Source of the DNA: Macrostomum lignano
Taxonomy: Eukaryota
NCBI GenBank assembly: GCA_002269645.1
Contig: NIVC01001257.1
Span: forward strand, 248,001 to 312,000
DNA: 64,000 nt
Direction of reading: 5' to 3'
Each line of letters opens with the position of its first letter. Positions within the stretch are counted from its first letter, which is position 1. Made by a program: the position numbers and the translations under genes. The notes beneath the pieces are model-generated. The model did not search any database. It was not told the origin of the DNA and worked only from the letters and a program-made list of their open reading frames with translations. Positions 47,896 through 60,500 of this stretch are shown piece after piece.

Positions 47896-50800
47896 AAGAG
47901 ACAGGGGCGCTGACCAAGAGACAGGGGCGCTGACCGAGAGACAGGGGCGCTGACCAAGAGACAGGGGCGCTGACCGAGAGACAGGGGCGCTGACCAAGAG
48001 ACAGGGGCGCCCACCAAGAGACAGGAACGCCCACCAAGAGACAATGGCGCTGACCAAGAGACAGGGGCGCTGACCAAGAGACAGGGGCGCTGACCGAGAG
48101 ACAGGGGCGCTGACCAAGAGACAGGGGCGCGCACTAAGAGACAGGGGCGCCCACCAAGAGACAGGGGCGCTGACCGAGAGACAGGGGAGCTGACCAAGAG
48201 ACAGGGGCGCTGACCGAGAGACAGGGGCGCCCACCAAGAGACAGGGGCGCCCACCAAGAGACAGGGGCGCTGACCAAGAGACAGGGGCGCTGACCAAGAG
48301 ACAGGGGCGCCCACCAAGAGACAGGGGCGCTGACCAAGAGACAATGGCGCTGACCAAGAGACAATGACGCTGACCAAGAGACAGGGGCGCTGACCGAGAG
48401 ACAGGGGCGCCCACCAAGAGACAGGGGCGCCCACCAAGAGACAATGGCGCTGACCAAGAGACAGGGGCGCCCACAAAGAGACAGGGGCGCCCACCAAGAG
48501 ACAGGGGCGCTGACCAAGAGACAGGGGCGCCCACCAAGAGACAAGGGCGCTGACCGAGAGACAGGGGCGCTGACCAAGAGACAGGGGCGCTGACCGAGAG
48601 ACAGGGGCGCTGACCAAGAGACAGGGGCGCCCACCAAGAGACAGGGGCGCTGACCAAGAGACAGGGGCGCCCACCAAGAGACAGGGGCGCGCACTAAGAG
48701 ACAGGGACGCCCACCAAGAGACAGGGGCGCTGACCGAGAGACAGGGGCGCTGACCAAGAGACAGGGGCGCTGACCGAGAGACAGGGGCGCTGACCAAGAG
48801 ACAGGGGCGCCCACCAAGAGACAGGGGCGCCCACCAAGAGACAATGGCGCTGACCAAGAGACAGGGGCGCCCACCAAGTGACAGGGGCGCCCACCAAGAG
48901 ACAGGGGCGCCCACCAAGAGACAGGGGCGCTGACCGAGAGACAGGGGCGCTGACCAAGAGACAGGGGCGCTGACCGAGAGACAGGGGCGCTGACCAAGAG
49001 ACAGGGGCGCTGACCAAGAGACAGGGGCGCCCACCAAGAGACAGGGGCGCCCACCAAGAGACAGGGGCGCTGACCAAGAGACAGGGGCGCTGACCAAGAG
49101 ACAGGGGCGCCCACCAAGAGACAGGGGCGCTGACCGAGAGACAGGGGCGCTGACCAAGAGACAGGGGCGCTGACCGAGAGACAGGGGCGCTGACCAAGAG
49201 ACAGGGGCGCCCACCAAGAGACAGGGGCGCCCACCAAGAGACAATGGCGCTGACCAAGAGACAGGGGCGCCCACCAAGAGACAATGGCGCTGACCAAGAG
49301 ACAGGGGCGCCCACCAAGAGACAATGGCGCTGACCAAGAGACAGGGGCGCCCACCAAGAGACAGGGGCGCCCACCAAGAGACAGGGGCGCTGACCGAGAG
49401 ACAGGGGCGCTGACCAAGAGACAGGGGCGCTGACCGAGAGACAGGGGCGCCCACCAAGAGACAGGGGCGCCCACCAAGAGACAGGGGCGCCCACCAAGAG
49501 ACAGGGGCGCCCACCAAGAGACAGGGGCGCCCACCAAGAGACAGGGGCGCTGACCAAGAGACAGGGGCGCCCACCAAGAGACAGGGGCGCTGACCGAGAG
49601 ACAGGGGCGCTGACTAAGAGACAGGGGCGCTGACCGAGAGACAGGGGCGCTGACCAAGAGACAATGGCGCTGACCAAGAGACAGGGGCGCCCACCAAGAG
49701 ACAATGGCGCTGACCAAGAGACAGGGGCGCCCACCAAGAGACAGGGGCGCGCACTAAGAGACAGGGGCGCCCACCAAGAGACAGGGGCGCCCACCAAGAG
49801 ACAGGGGCGCGCACTAAGAGACAGGGGCGCCCACCAAGAGACAGGGGCGCTGACCAAGAGACAGGGGCGCTGACCAAGAGACAGGGGCGCCCACCAAGAG
49901 ACAGGGGCGCTGACCAAGAGACAGGGGCGCCCACCAAGAGACAGGGGCGCCCACCAAGAGACAGGGGCGCTGACCAAGAGACAGGGGCGCTGACCGAGAG
50001 ACAGGGGCGCTGACCAAGAGACAGGGGCGCCCACCAAGAGACAGGGGCGCTGACCGAGAGACAGGGGCGCTGACCAAGAGACAGGGGCGCCCACCAAGAG
50101 ACAGGGGCGCCCACCAAGAGACAATGGCGCTGACCAAGAGACAGGGGCGCCCACCAAGAGACAGGGGCGCGCACTAAGAGACAGGGGCGCCCACCAAGAG
50201 ACAGGGGCGCCCACCAAGAGACAGGGGCGCGCACTAAGAGACAGGGGCGCCCACCAAGAGACAGGGGCGCCCACCAAGAGACAGGGGCGCTGACCAAGAG
50301 ACAGGGGCGCTGACCAAGAGACAGGGGCGCCCACCAAGAGACAGGGGCGCTGACCAAGAGACAGGGGCGCCCACCAAGAGACAAGGGCGCTGACCGAGAG
50401 ACAGGGGCGCTGACCAAGAGACAGGGGCGCTGACCGAGAGACAGGGGCGCTGACCAAGAGACAGGGGCGCCCACCAAGAGACAGGGGCGCCCACCAAGAG
50501 ACAATGGCGCTGACCAAGAGACAGGGGCGCTGACCAAGAGACAGGGGCGCTGACCGAGAGACAGGGGCGCTGACCAAGAGACAGGGGCGCCCACCAAGAG
50601 ACAGGGGCGCCCACCAAGAGACAGGGGCGCCCACCAAGAGACAGGGGCGCTGACCAAGAGACAGTGGCGCTGACCAAGAGACAGGGGCGCCCACCAAGAG
50701 ACAGGGGCGCTGACCGAGAGACAGGGGCGCTGACCAAGAGACAGGGGCGCTGACCGAGAGACAGGGGCGCTGACCAAGAGACAGGGGCGCTGACCGAGAG

Positions 50801-53800
50801 ACAGGGGCGCTGACCAAGAGACAGGGGCGCCCACCAAGAGACAGGGGCGCTGACCAAGAGACAATGGCGCTGACCAAGAGACAATGACGCTGACCAAGAG
50901 ACAGGGGCGCCCACCAAGAGACAGGGGCGCCCACCAAGAGACAGGGGCGCCCACCAAGAGACAATGGCGCTGACCAAGAGACAGGGGCGCCCACCAAGAG
51001 ACAGGGGCGCCCACCAAGAGACAGGGGCGCTGACCAAGAGACAGGGGCGCCCACCAAGAGACAAGGGCGCTGACCGAGAGACAGGGGCGCTGACCAAGAG
51101 ACAGGGGCGCTGACCGAGAGACAGGGGCGCTGACCAAGAGACAGGGGCGCCCACCAAGAGACAGGGGCGCTGACCAAGAGACAGGGGCGCCCACCAAGAG
51201 ACAGGGGCGCGCACTAAGAGACAGGGACGCCCACCAAGAGACAGGGGCGCTGACCGAGAGACAGGGGCGCTGACCAAGAGACAGGGGCGCTGACCGAGAG
51301 ACAGGGGCGCTGACCAAGAGACAGGGGCGCCCACCAAGAGACAGGGGCGCCCACCAAGAGACAATGGCGCTGACCAAGAGACAGGGGCGCCCACCAAGAG
51401 ACAGGGGCGCCCACCAAGAGACAGGGGCGCCCACCAAGAGACAGGGGCGCTGACCGAGAGACAGGGGCGCTGACCAAGAGACAGGGGCGCTGACCGAGAG
51501 ACAGGGGCGCTGACCAAGAGACAGGGGCGCCCACCAAGAGACAGGGGCGCCCACCAAGAGACAGGGGCGCCCACCAAGAGACAGGGGCGCTGACCAAGAG
51601 ACAGGGGCGCTGACCAAGAGACAGGGGCGCCCACCAAGAGACAGGGGCGCTGACCGAGAGACAGGGGCGCTGACCAAGAGACAGGGGCGCTGACCGAGAG
51701 ACAGGGGCGCTGACCAAGAGACAGGGGCGCCCACCAAGAGACAGGGGCGCCCACCAAGAGACAATGGCGCTGACCAAGAGACAGGGGCGCCCACCAAGAG
51801 ACAATGGCGCTGACCAAGAGACAGGGGCGCCCACCAAGAGACAATGGCGCTGACCAAGAGACAGGGGCGCCCACCAAGAGACAATGGCGCTGACCAAGAG
51901 ACAGGGGCGCTGACCAAGAGACAGGGGCGCCCACCAAGAGACAATGGCGCTGACCAAGAGACAGGGGCGCCCACCAAGAGACAGGGGCGCCCACCAAGAG
52001 ACAATGGCGCTGACCAAGAGACAGGGGCGCCCACCAAGAGACAGGGGCGCCCACCAAGAGACAGGGGCGCTGACCAAGAGACAGGGGCGCCCACCAAGAG
52101 ACAAGGGCGCTGACCGAGAGACAGGGGCGCTGACCAAGAGACAGGGGCGCTGACCGAGAGACAGGGGCGCTGACCAAGAGACAGGGGCGCCCACCAAGAG
52201 ACAGGGGCGCTGACCAAGAGACAGGGGCGCCCACCAAGAGACAGGGGCGCGCACTAAGAGACAGGGACGCCCACCAAGAGACAGGGGCGCTGACCGAGAG
52301 ACAGGGGCGCTGACCAAGAGACAGGGGCGCTGACCGAGAGACAGGGGCGCTGACCAAGAGACAGGGGCGCCCACCAAGAGACAGGGGCGCCCACCAAGAG
52401 ACAGGGGCGCTGACCGAGAGACAGGGGCGCTGACCAAGAGACAGGGGCGCTGACCGAGAGACAGGGGCGCTGACCAAGAGACAGGGGCGCTGACCAAGAG
52501 ACAGGGGCGCCCACCAAGAGACAGGGGCGCCCACCAAGAGACAGGGGCGCTGACCAAGAGACAGGGGCGCTGACCAAGAGACAGGGGCGCCCACCAAGAG
52601 ACAGGGGCGCTGACCGAGAGACAGGGGCGCTGACCAAGAGACAGGGGCGCTGACCGAGAGACAGGGGCGCTGACCAAGAGACAGGGGCGCCCACCAAGAG
52701 ACAGGGGCGCCCACCAAGAGACAATGGCGCTGACCAAGAGACAGGGGCGCCCACCAAGAGACAATGGCGCTGACCAAGAGACAGGGGCGCCCACCAAGAG
52801 ACAATGGCGCTGACCAAGAGACAGGGGCGCCCACCAAGAGACAGGGGCGCCCACCAAGAGACAGGGGCGCTGACCGAGAGACAGGGGCGCTGACCAAGAG
52901 ACAGGGGCGCTGACCGAGAGACAGGGGCGCCCACCAAGAGACAGGGGCGCCCACCAAGAGACAGGGGCGCCCACCAAGAGACAGGGGCGCCCACCAAGAG
53001 ACAGGGGCGCCCACCAAGAGACAGGGGCGCTGACCAAGAGACAGGGGCGCCCACCAAGAGACAGGGGCGCTGACCGAGAGACAGGGGCGCTGACTAAGAG
53101 ACAGGGGCGCTGACCGAGAGACAGGGGCGCTGACCAAGAGACAATGGCGCTGACCAAGAGACAGGGGCGCCCACCAAGAGACAATGGCGCTGACCAAGAG
53201 ACAGGGGCGCCCACCAAGAGACAGGGGCGCGCACTAAGAGACAGGGGCGCCCACCAAGAGACAGGGGCGCCCACCAAGAGACAGGGGCGCGCACTAAGAG
53301 ACAGGGGCGCCCACCAAGAGACAGGGGCGCTGACCAAGAGACAAGGGCGCTGACCAAGAGACAGGGGCGCCCACCAAGAGACAGGGGCGCTGACCAAGAG
53401 ACAGGGGCGCTGACCAAGAGACAGGGGCGCTGACCGAGAGACAGGGGCGCTGACCAAGAGACAGGGGCGCCCACCAAGAGACAGGGGCGCTGACCGAGAG
53501 ACAGGGGCGCTGACCGAGAGACAGGGGCGCTGACCAAGAGACAGGGGCGCCCACCAAGAGACAGGGGCGCTGACCGAGAGACAGGGGCGCTGACCAAGAG
53601 ACAGGGGCGCCCACCAAGAGACAGGGGCGCTGACCAAGAGACAGGGGCGCCCACCAAGAGACAAGGGCGCTGACCGAGAGACAGGGGCGCTGACCAAGAG
53701 ACAGGGGCGCTGACCGAGAGACAGGGGCGCTGACCAAGAGACAGGGGCGCCCACCAAGAGACAGGGGCGCCCACCAAGAGACAATGGCGCTGACCAAGAG

Positions 53801-54582
53801 ACAGGGGCGCTGACCAAGAGACAGGGGCGCTGACCGAGAGACAGGGGCGCTGACCAAGAGACAGGGGCGCCCACCAAGAGACAGGGGCGCCCACCAAGAG
53901 ACAGGGGCGCCCACCAAGAGACAGGGGCGCCCACCAAGAGACAGGGGCGCTGACCGAGAGACAGGGGCGCTGACCAAGAGACAGGGGCGCTGACCGAGAG
54001 ACAGGGGCGCTGACCAAGAGACAGGGGCGCCCACCAAGAGACAGGGGCGCCCACCAAGAGACAGGGGCGCCCACCAAGAGACAGGGGCGCCCACCAAGAG
54101 ACAGGGGCGCTGACCGAGAGACAGGGGCGCTGACCAAGAGACAGGGGCGCTGACCGAGAGACAGGGGCGCTGACCAAGAGACAGGGGCGCTGACCGAGAG
54201 ACAGGGGCGCTGACCAAGAGACAGGGGCGCCCACCAAGAGACAGGGGCGCCCACCAAGAGACAGGGGCGCCCACCAAGAGACAGGGGCGCCCACCAAGAG
54301 ACAGGGGCGCTGACCGAGAGACAGGGGCGCTGACCAAGAGACAGGGGCGCTGACCGAGAGACAGGGGCGCTGACCAAGAGACAGGGGCGCCCACCAAGAG
54401 ACAGGGGCGCCCACCAAGAGACAGGGGCGCCCACCAAGAGACAGGGGCGCCCACCAAGAGACAATGGCGCTGACCAAGAGACAGGGGCGCTGACCGAGAG
54501 ACAGGGGCGCTGACCAAGAGACAGGGGCGCCCACCAAGAGACAGGGGCGCCCACCAAGAGACAGGAACGCCCACCAAGAGAC
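47896..54582. repeat. 6.7-kb 20-bp satellite (ACAGGGGCGC + TGACCAAGAG/CCACCAAGAG variants)
   Basis: About 334 units that stay in exact 20-bp register; source of all SAPVSWW ORFs. Confidence 0.99.
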
Positions 54583-54591
54583 GCTGCATAA

Positions 54592-55919
54592 TGCGGAGTT
54601 GCTGCACACTGCGTGGTTGACGAAATAGCCGCTACGAGCCTGGAACAGACTCGTTGAATTTTAGTCTAAGCTTGCTCACTTAGAGCGCCTACCAATAAAC
54701 TGCCGCCTGCTAACTATTGGATTCCCAGGGGCTCCACTTGTGATAAATAGGCAATTAGATAATAGCATGCACGGTGAGCAATTATTTAGGCCCTAGACAA
54801 ACCTACTTGGAGCGTTTGGAGATTTTAAAGCTATTAATCCTAATCGCCTATCGCCGGTCGGCGAGTTCTACCAGTCTTCTCCAATAGCCGCAGGTACAGT
54901 ACAAGAAAATAAAGAACACGAGGAAACACAAACCGAAAGATTTAGAGAGTGATAATCCTATTTCAAGAATAACTAACTTGATTGACGGTTTAATTTGATT
55001 AGCTGAGTTACAAGATTTAGACAAACGACGCAGATAACTAGAGTTGACAAAACGACAATAACGGTTAATAAATAATGATTATATACGCACTGACAAGCGG
55101 ATCTCAGCTGAAGAAGAAGGAGGAGGCACCGAACACAGGACCACGGAGAAGACTCCTAACCCCTGGCCTAAACCAGAACCTACTCTCAAACGAGAGCCCT
55201 GCCGAACCGACCGTTCAACGGAGTACCGACTAAGTTCTATCGGCACTGCCCTTCAGTGTAACACTGGGCCCTCGGGGTCGAGGCCGCGTACTTGATCAGA
55301 TCCGACAGTCTCTATCTAACCGCGCTTGATAGCGACGACTTCAGACAGGAATGCCGTAGACGTTACGCCACAAGACTACTGCGGTTGGGCGGGAACAAAG
55401 ATATGGACCGGGGGTGATGAAATCAAAACGCCTCAAAGCGCGAACCAACAAGGGAAGGAAAAGTCGGGCCACCGGCCGGGAACTGGACAAGACAAAACCG
55501 GGGAAAGGAGAGAGAAGGAAAAAAAGTGAGATCCGATTGCCAAACACACTTTCATATATAGTCAGAGTCACAACCCCTCAAAACCCCCTCAAGCCGGGTG
55601 GTGGTCGTCTGGCCGGCCGCTCGCTTAAGCCGAATTGCACTGTGCCCGCGGCGCCGGGTAGAACTGAAACTTGCCGCGTGCCAGGGTCCAGGCCGGTTCT
55701 GATTGGCTGGCCGCGCAAAGCTGGGGTTCGCAGACAAAACTCAACCCTCCGCTGAGTCACAGATGGCGTCTGATTTCTAACCTGTTTACGCAAAATTGAT
55801 TCCAACTAACAAGGAAAAAGTACACCAAAAACGTATGACTAAACTAAAGCAAAATAATAATTCAATAACAATATAGAAACTAATGCAGTCAATTTACACG
55901 CAAAGATGCTCACACTACA
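54592..55919 (-). repeat. 3' LTR (1328 bp) of Gypsy element 2
   Basis: Begins TGTAGTG directly after the PPT and ends CTCCGCA; TATA-like TATATA near 55555. Confidence 0.88.
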
Positions 55920-55936
55920 CTCCCCCCTCCTAAAAG
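55920..55936 (-). other. Polypurine tract CTTTTAGGAGGGGGGAG
   Basis: Abuts the TG of the 3' LTR. Confidence 0.9.
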
Positions 55937-56667
55937 AAATAGAGTACAAAAGAAAACTTGAAAAATTCGAAATACGCGTAACATACTACTTTCAGTAAGC
56001 AAATGAGTACTATATAACGAAATTCGCGTTTACGGGAACCAAAATTCGCAAAACAAGCAATGTTACAACGAGAATAACTATAGCAACAGAAGAAGAAAAA
56101 CGCAAATGGGAACACAACGTAATTCACTATGCAAAACATGACGCGACAATGAAACGCAAACAAGAACACAAATACAATTCTATGACACGGCAAAAACGCA
56201 ATCAAATACATAAGCAAAGCTACTATTCAATACGCGACACGACAAAACACAAGCAAATCAATAAATAAATCGAAACAAATCGCGACGGAACGCAACGTTT
56301 GCACAAACTATGGCACGACTTCCTACAATCGAAAACTTAAAGCAAAACGCATGCTACCCATCACCAAGAACAAATAACGCGTTGACGCATTTTACACAAT
56401 TTTACAGAAGTCAATTAAATTACACATTTTCGACATGCCAAGATCAACCTTATCGGCTGGCAAAATTTTATTACTCGCTGATTTAATTATCCGCACCTCC
56501 CCCCTCCTAAAAGGTAGGGTGGGCGCCACGACCCCCACTGTCACCACAGCGGAATTCTTATCGCAATATTCCACGACGCTTATCTCTATCGGGTGCCCCG
56601 ACGATAATTTAATTCACGCCCACGCTCCCGTGGCGTTCCATCCACTCAGCGAAGTCTATCGCCCAAT

Positions 56668-57000
56668 GGCTGCAGTTTTCTGTCGTGCCCAGGACAAAAC
56701 TATAAATTCACCCGACCGGGCTCCTTTCTCGCACTTCATTCTTCTTTTGGTAATTTCTCTTCCTACGGCTGCAGTTTAACGTCTTTAGTTGATTTCTTCC
56801 CTAGTGGTTGCAGTTTAACGTCATGCCCATGACGTTTTTTTTTCGATTTCTGTCCTAACGGTTGCAGTTTTACGTCGTGCCCAGGACGCATCATTAGTTA
56901 GTTTCTCTCCTAGCGGTTGCAGTTTAACGTCGTGCCCAGGACGCCGGCTCTAGTGAACTTCCTTTCCAGCGGCTGCAGTTTAACGTCGTGCCCAGGACGC
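56668..57000. repeat. Spaced ~30-bp repeats (CGGTTGCAGTTTAACGTCGTGCCCAGGACGC) in the 3' UTR of Gypsy element 2
   Basis: About 6 copies with variable spacers. Confidence 0.8.
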
Positions 57001-57584
57001 TTCAGACATTTCTAGCTGCAACATGTGACATGTCGGTTAGCTGTAAGTTAGAATTATTTTTGCGTCAAGCAGTTTTCTGACTCAAGCAATTTGAATAATA
57101 TTTTTGTGTTGTTTTTATGATGCTTTTACAATTTTTATGTTATTATCAAATATTCACGCATGTCAGTTCTACTGCAAGACTGTTTTTTAATAATTTTTCG
57201 TGTAATATTTATTCCTTACTAATTTTCTGATAATAATATTTCCGATGGAACCGCAGACGACTTCAATCTGGGCTCAATTCAATTTCTATTTCTATTTGCA
57301 ACTTCCAATCGTTTCATATCTTCTATGGTCGTCTATGGTATTTCTCTTTCATTAGCGTCCTGGAATCTACCAGGTGTGGCAGCTCGAGCAGTTAGTCTTC
57401 AACTCCTGCAACTGCAGTGTCAACATCAGCACTTGCAAGTCTTTATTATTTTTTCTATTGACTATTTTTCTCTGGTTCCATTTTTGCGTTCTACAATTTT
57501 CTCGCGTATGTCTCGACAAGTTACTATTAGTAATACAATTGAAATTTTCGTCTCGACAGTGCCTTTCGTTTCTATAGACTCCAT

Positions 57585-60500
57585 TCAATGATAACCGTAT
57601 CGTTCCGGGGGTCTAATCGCCGCGCGGTTCCGCAGCCGCGGTATCCAGCTAACATTATTCATGCCTGCCCGCTGCGGGGGCGTACTGTGCACTGGGCTCA
57701 GATGCATTAAATTCGGTGGAGTGCGCACAGGAATCTGCCTGGCCTGAGACCCCGCAGGACTCGCCTGCGCCTGTTGGTTTGCATTGGCCGCTGTCTGAGT
57801 ATTTTCCACTGTTCTATCTATATTACTTCCAGTAGCTTCGTGAGCTCTCTCACGTTGCAAAAATCTAATTCTCTCTGGTCTCTGAATCTCCACTTGGACT
57901 CTTTCTGACTCCTCCGAGCCGTCATCACTAGCACTTCCAGCTTCCTCTTCTCGATATTGACGCAACTTTTCTTCTGACAAGTAGCAGGGCTTTGTTCTGT
58001 CTACTGTCACTACGTCATGAATTCTGACGGGTTGCTCTATTCGGTCAACCTTTGGACCGGGTTCAATTTTTAAATTTTTTCCATTATTTCTTACTTCAAG
58101 CACTCGATACGGACCTACCCACTTCCTATTCGTATCATAACAATTCTGCGTATTCGCTATCCAGACCAGGTCACCTGGCTGATAATACTGCTGGAATACT
58201 TTCGTGTCATAATTAGATTTCTGCCGCCTGACTGATATTTGCTGCTTTTCTCTGGCGATTCTATACGATTCCATGCACTTCTTATACAGATCATGTAAAT
58301 GCTTATCACGGGTCTTGCGCTCCGGCGAAGGCAATCCAAGCTCAGCATCAACCGGTAGCCGCATCTTTCGACCATAGACTAATTCGAACGGACTAAATTT
58401 ATTGCTTTCACTGACCGTGCTTCGCTGAACCATCAAAGCGTGCGGAAGCACCTCATCCCATGCCAAACTGAGTTCACTCTGAGCTAATCTGATTCCATCT
58501 TTCACTACTCTGACCATACGCTCGCAGCGACCGTTTGCCTGCGGATGGTAGCTAGTAGTATGGCGTAAATCTATTCGGAAATTTTCGGTTAACGATTTCA
58601 CTAATTCTGCAGTAAACGATGTACCTCTGTCTGATATGAATGCTTCAGGGGCACCATGCCGAGTGATCCACTCTGTGTACAGGGCCCAAGCTGTACTTTC
58701 AGCTGTACAATCTCTAAGCGCTTTTACCTCTAGCCAACCCGTAAAGTGATCAACCATCAGCAGGAGGTACTTGTTCCCCCGTGCTGTGGCGTTAAACGGA
58801 CCGGCGAAATCTATATGTACTTTCTCGCCCATGTAACTGCTGACTTCTGGTTCTAAGGGCGCTCGTGGCTTCGGCCCGTATTTCTTTCTTGTCTGGCACT
58901 CAGTACAAGTCTTAATATATCTATCTAAGTTCGTTGAATAGTTTGGCCACCAAAATCTCTGTCGAATCAAATCTTTTGTCTTTGAAATACCGCCGTGGGC
59001 CATTTGATCGTGGTAAGCTCGAAACAACTGCTGCTCCAGGGCTTGGTTTTCCGGCAGTACAGTCTGCTCAAATTTTCGGCCTTCGGAATCTATCCAATTC
59101 CTGTAAATTATGTCATTTTTCACTAATAGCTGCTCATAATCGCTAAATAAAGACTTATAACTGCGGCTCATTCCAACCCATTCATTCTTGGGGACAGGGC
59201 TCTCCCTGTCTGAGCTTTTGCTTGAGCAGCAGCAACTCTGGCTGGCTCTCCTGCAGTTCTACAATTCCTGCTGGCGTATCGATATTAATTGCACCGCAGT
59301 GGACTGTTGCTGTCTTCGTCGCACTGCAAGTGGGGCATTCCTCATGGTAGCGTTTCGGGGGACCATCCCGCTGAGGTCTGCGACTCAGGGCGTCTGCGTT
59401 ACCATGGGCAATCCCTTGGCGGTACTGAATTGCAAAGTCATATTCTTCCATTCTCGAGATTACTTCAAATTGATCAAACTGCTCAAGAATCATATTCCAT
59501 CTGCCTAGCATGCCTTTTGCACCGTGGCACTTGCGTAGCCATTGGAGGGCCGCGTGGTCTGTCCTGACCTTGAAACGACGGCCGACCAGATAAGGCCGGT
59601 AATGTTCTAAGAAATATATCAGCGCAAACATTTCCTTCATCGTAGTGCAGTAATTCAACTGATGCTCATTCAACGGATGCGAAGCATAGGCTATCACTTT
59701 TTCTTCACCATCTTGCTCTTGTAATAAATTTCCACCTATAGCTACGTCACAGGCGTCGACATCGAGGATGAACGGTCCCGCGTCGCTATCGAACCTGGGG
59801 TAGCTCAGCACAGGTGCGCTTACTAACTTCTGCTTTAATAGATCAAATGCCTTCTGGCAACTGTCATCCCACTTATACTTGACATCTTTTCTAGTTAAAT
59901 TATTCAAGGGCTCACTTATTCGCGCAAAGTCTTTAATAAATCTGCGATAGTAGCCGGCTAAGCCTAAGAATCCGCGCAGCTCAGAGATATTCTCTGGCCG
60001 GGGCCATGTCTGGACTTTTTCTATCTTATCTTTGCTGGTATAGATACCGTGCTGGCAGACGGTGTGCCCTAGGAAGGTGACTTCTTTCCGAAACAGAAAG
60101 GTCTTCTCTGGCTTGATTTTCATTCCAGCATCTGCTAATCGAGAGAAAATTAATTCTAAATTACTAGCATTTCTTCGAAATTCTTGCCTGTGCAAATTAC
60201 ATCATCTAGGTAGAGTAAGGCAAACTTATAAGCGTAATCGCCTAAGATCTTCTGCATTATGCGCTGAAAGCAAGCGGGTCCATTCGTGACTCCGAAAGGC
60301 AAAACTTTCCACTGGAACAGGCCATCATGGGTTCGAAACGCTAATTTCTCGCGGTCAGTCTCTCTGACCTTCACTGACCAATAAGCGCCGACCATGTCTA
60401 GGGTGCTAAAGTACATGTTGCCTGCCAGGGATTCCAGCGATTCTTGAATTAGCGGTAACGGAAAACTGTCCTTCTTAGTCTTATTATTTAACTGTCTGAA

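Noticed and set aside
47896-54582. CRISPR-like appearance of this and other arrays (101-bp, 42-bp, 56668-57000)
   Set aside because: No unique spacers, no cas genes, eukaryotic context.
54586-54591. TSD of Gypsy element 2 and exact LTR end (TAA is shared outside the TG..CA boundary)
   Set aside because: The other flank is beyond 64000, so the TSD cannot be tested and the boundary may shift by 3 bp.
47394-54609. ORFs of 250-1131 aa over the 20-bp satellite
   Set aside because: All three minus frames are open because the unit lacks stops there; no coding signal. Only 47445-47779 is kept as a candidate exon.
55380-55388. Tf1-like self-priming via a TGCGGTTGG match between the LTR and the PBS region
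   Set aside because: Only 9 nt, offset from the LTR end and far from the likely TSS near 55530; compatible with chance.
57300-57588. Possible extra (env-like) ORF after integrase
   Set aside because: Only short frames (73 aa or less) with non-ATG starts or early stops; no signal peptide or transmembrane pattern.
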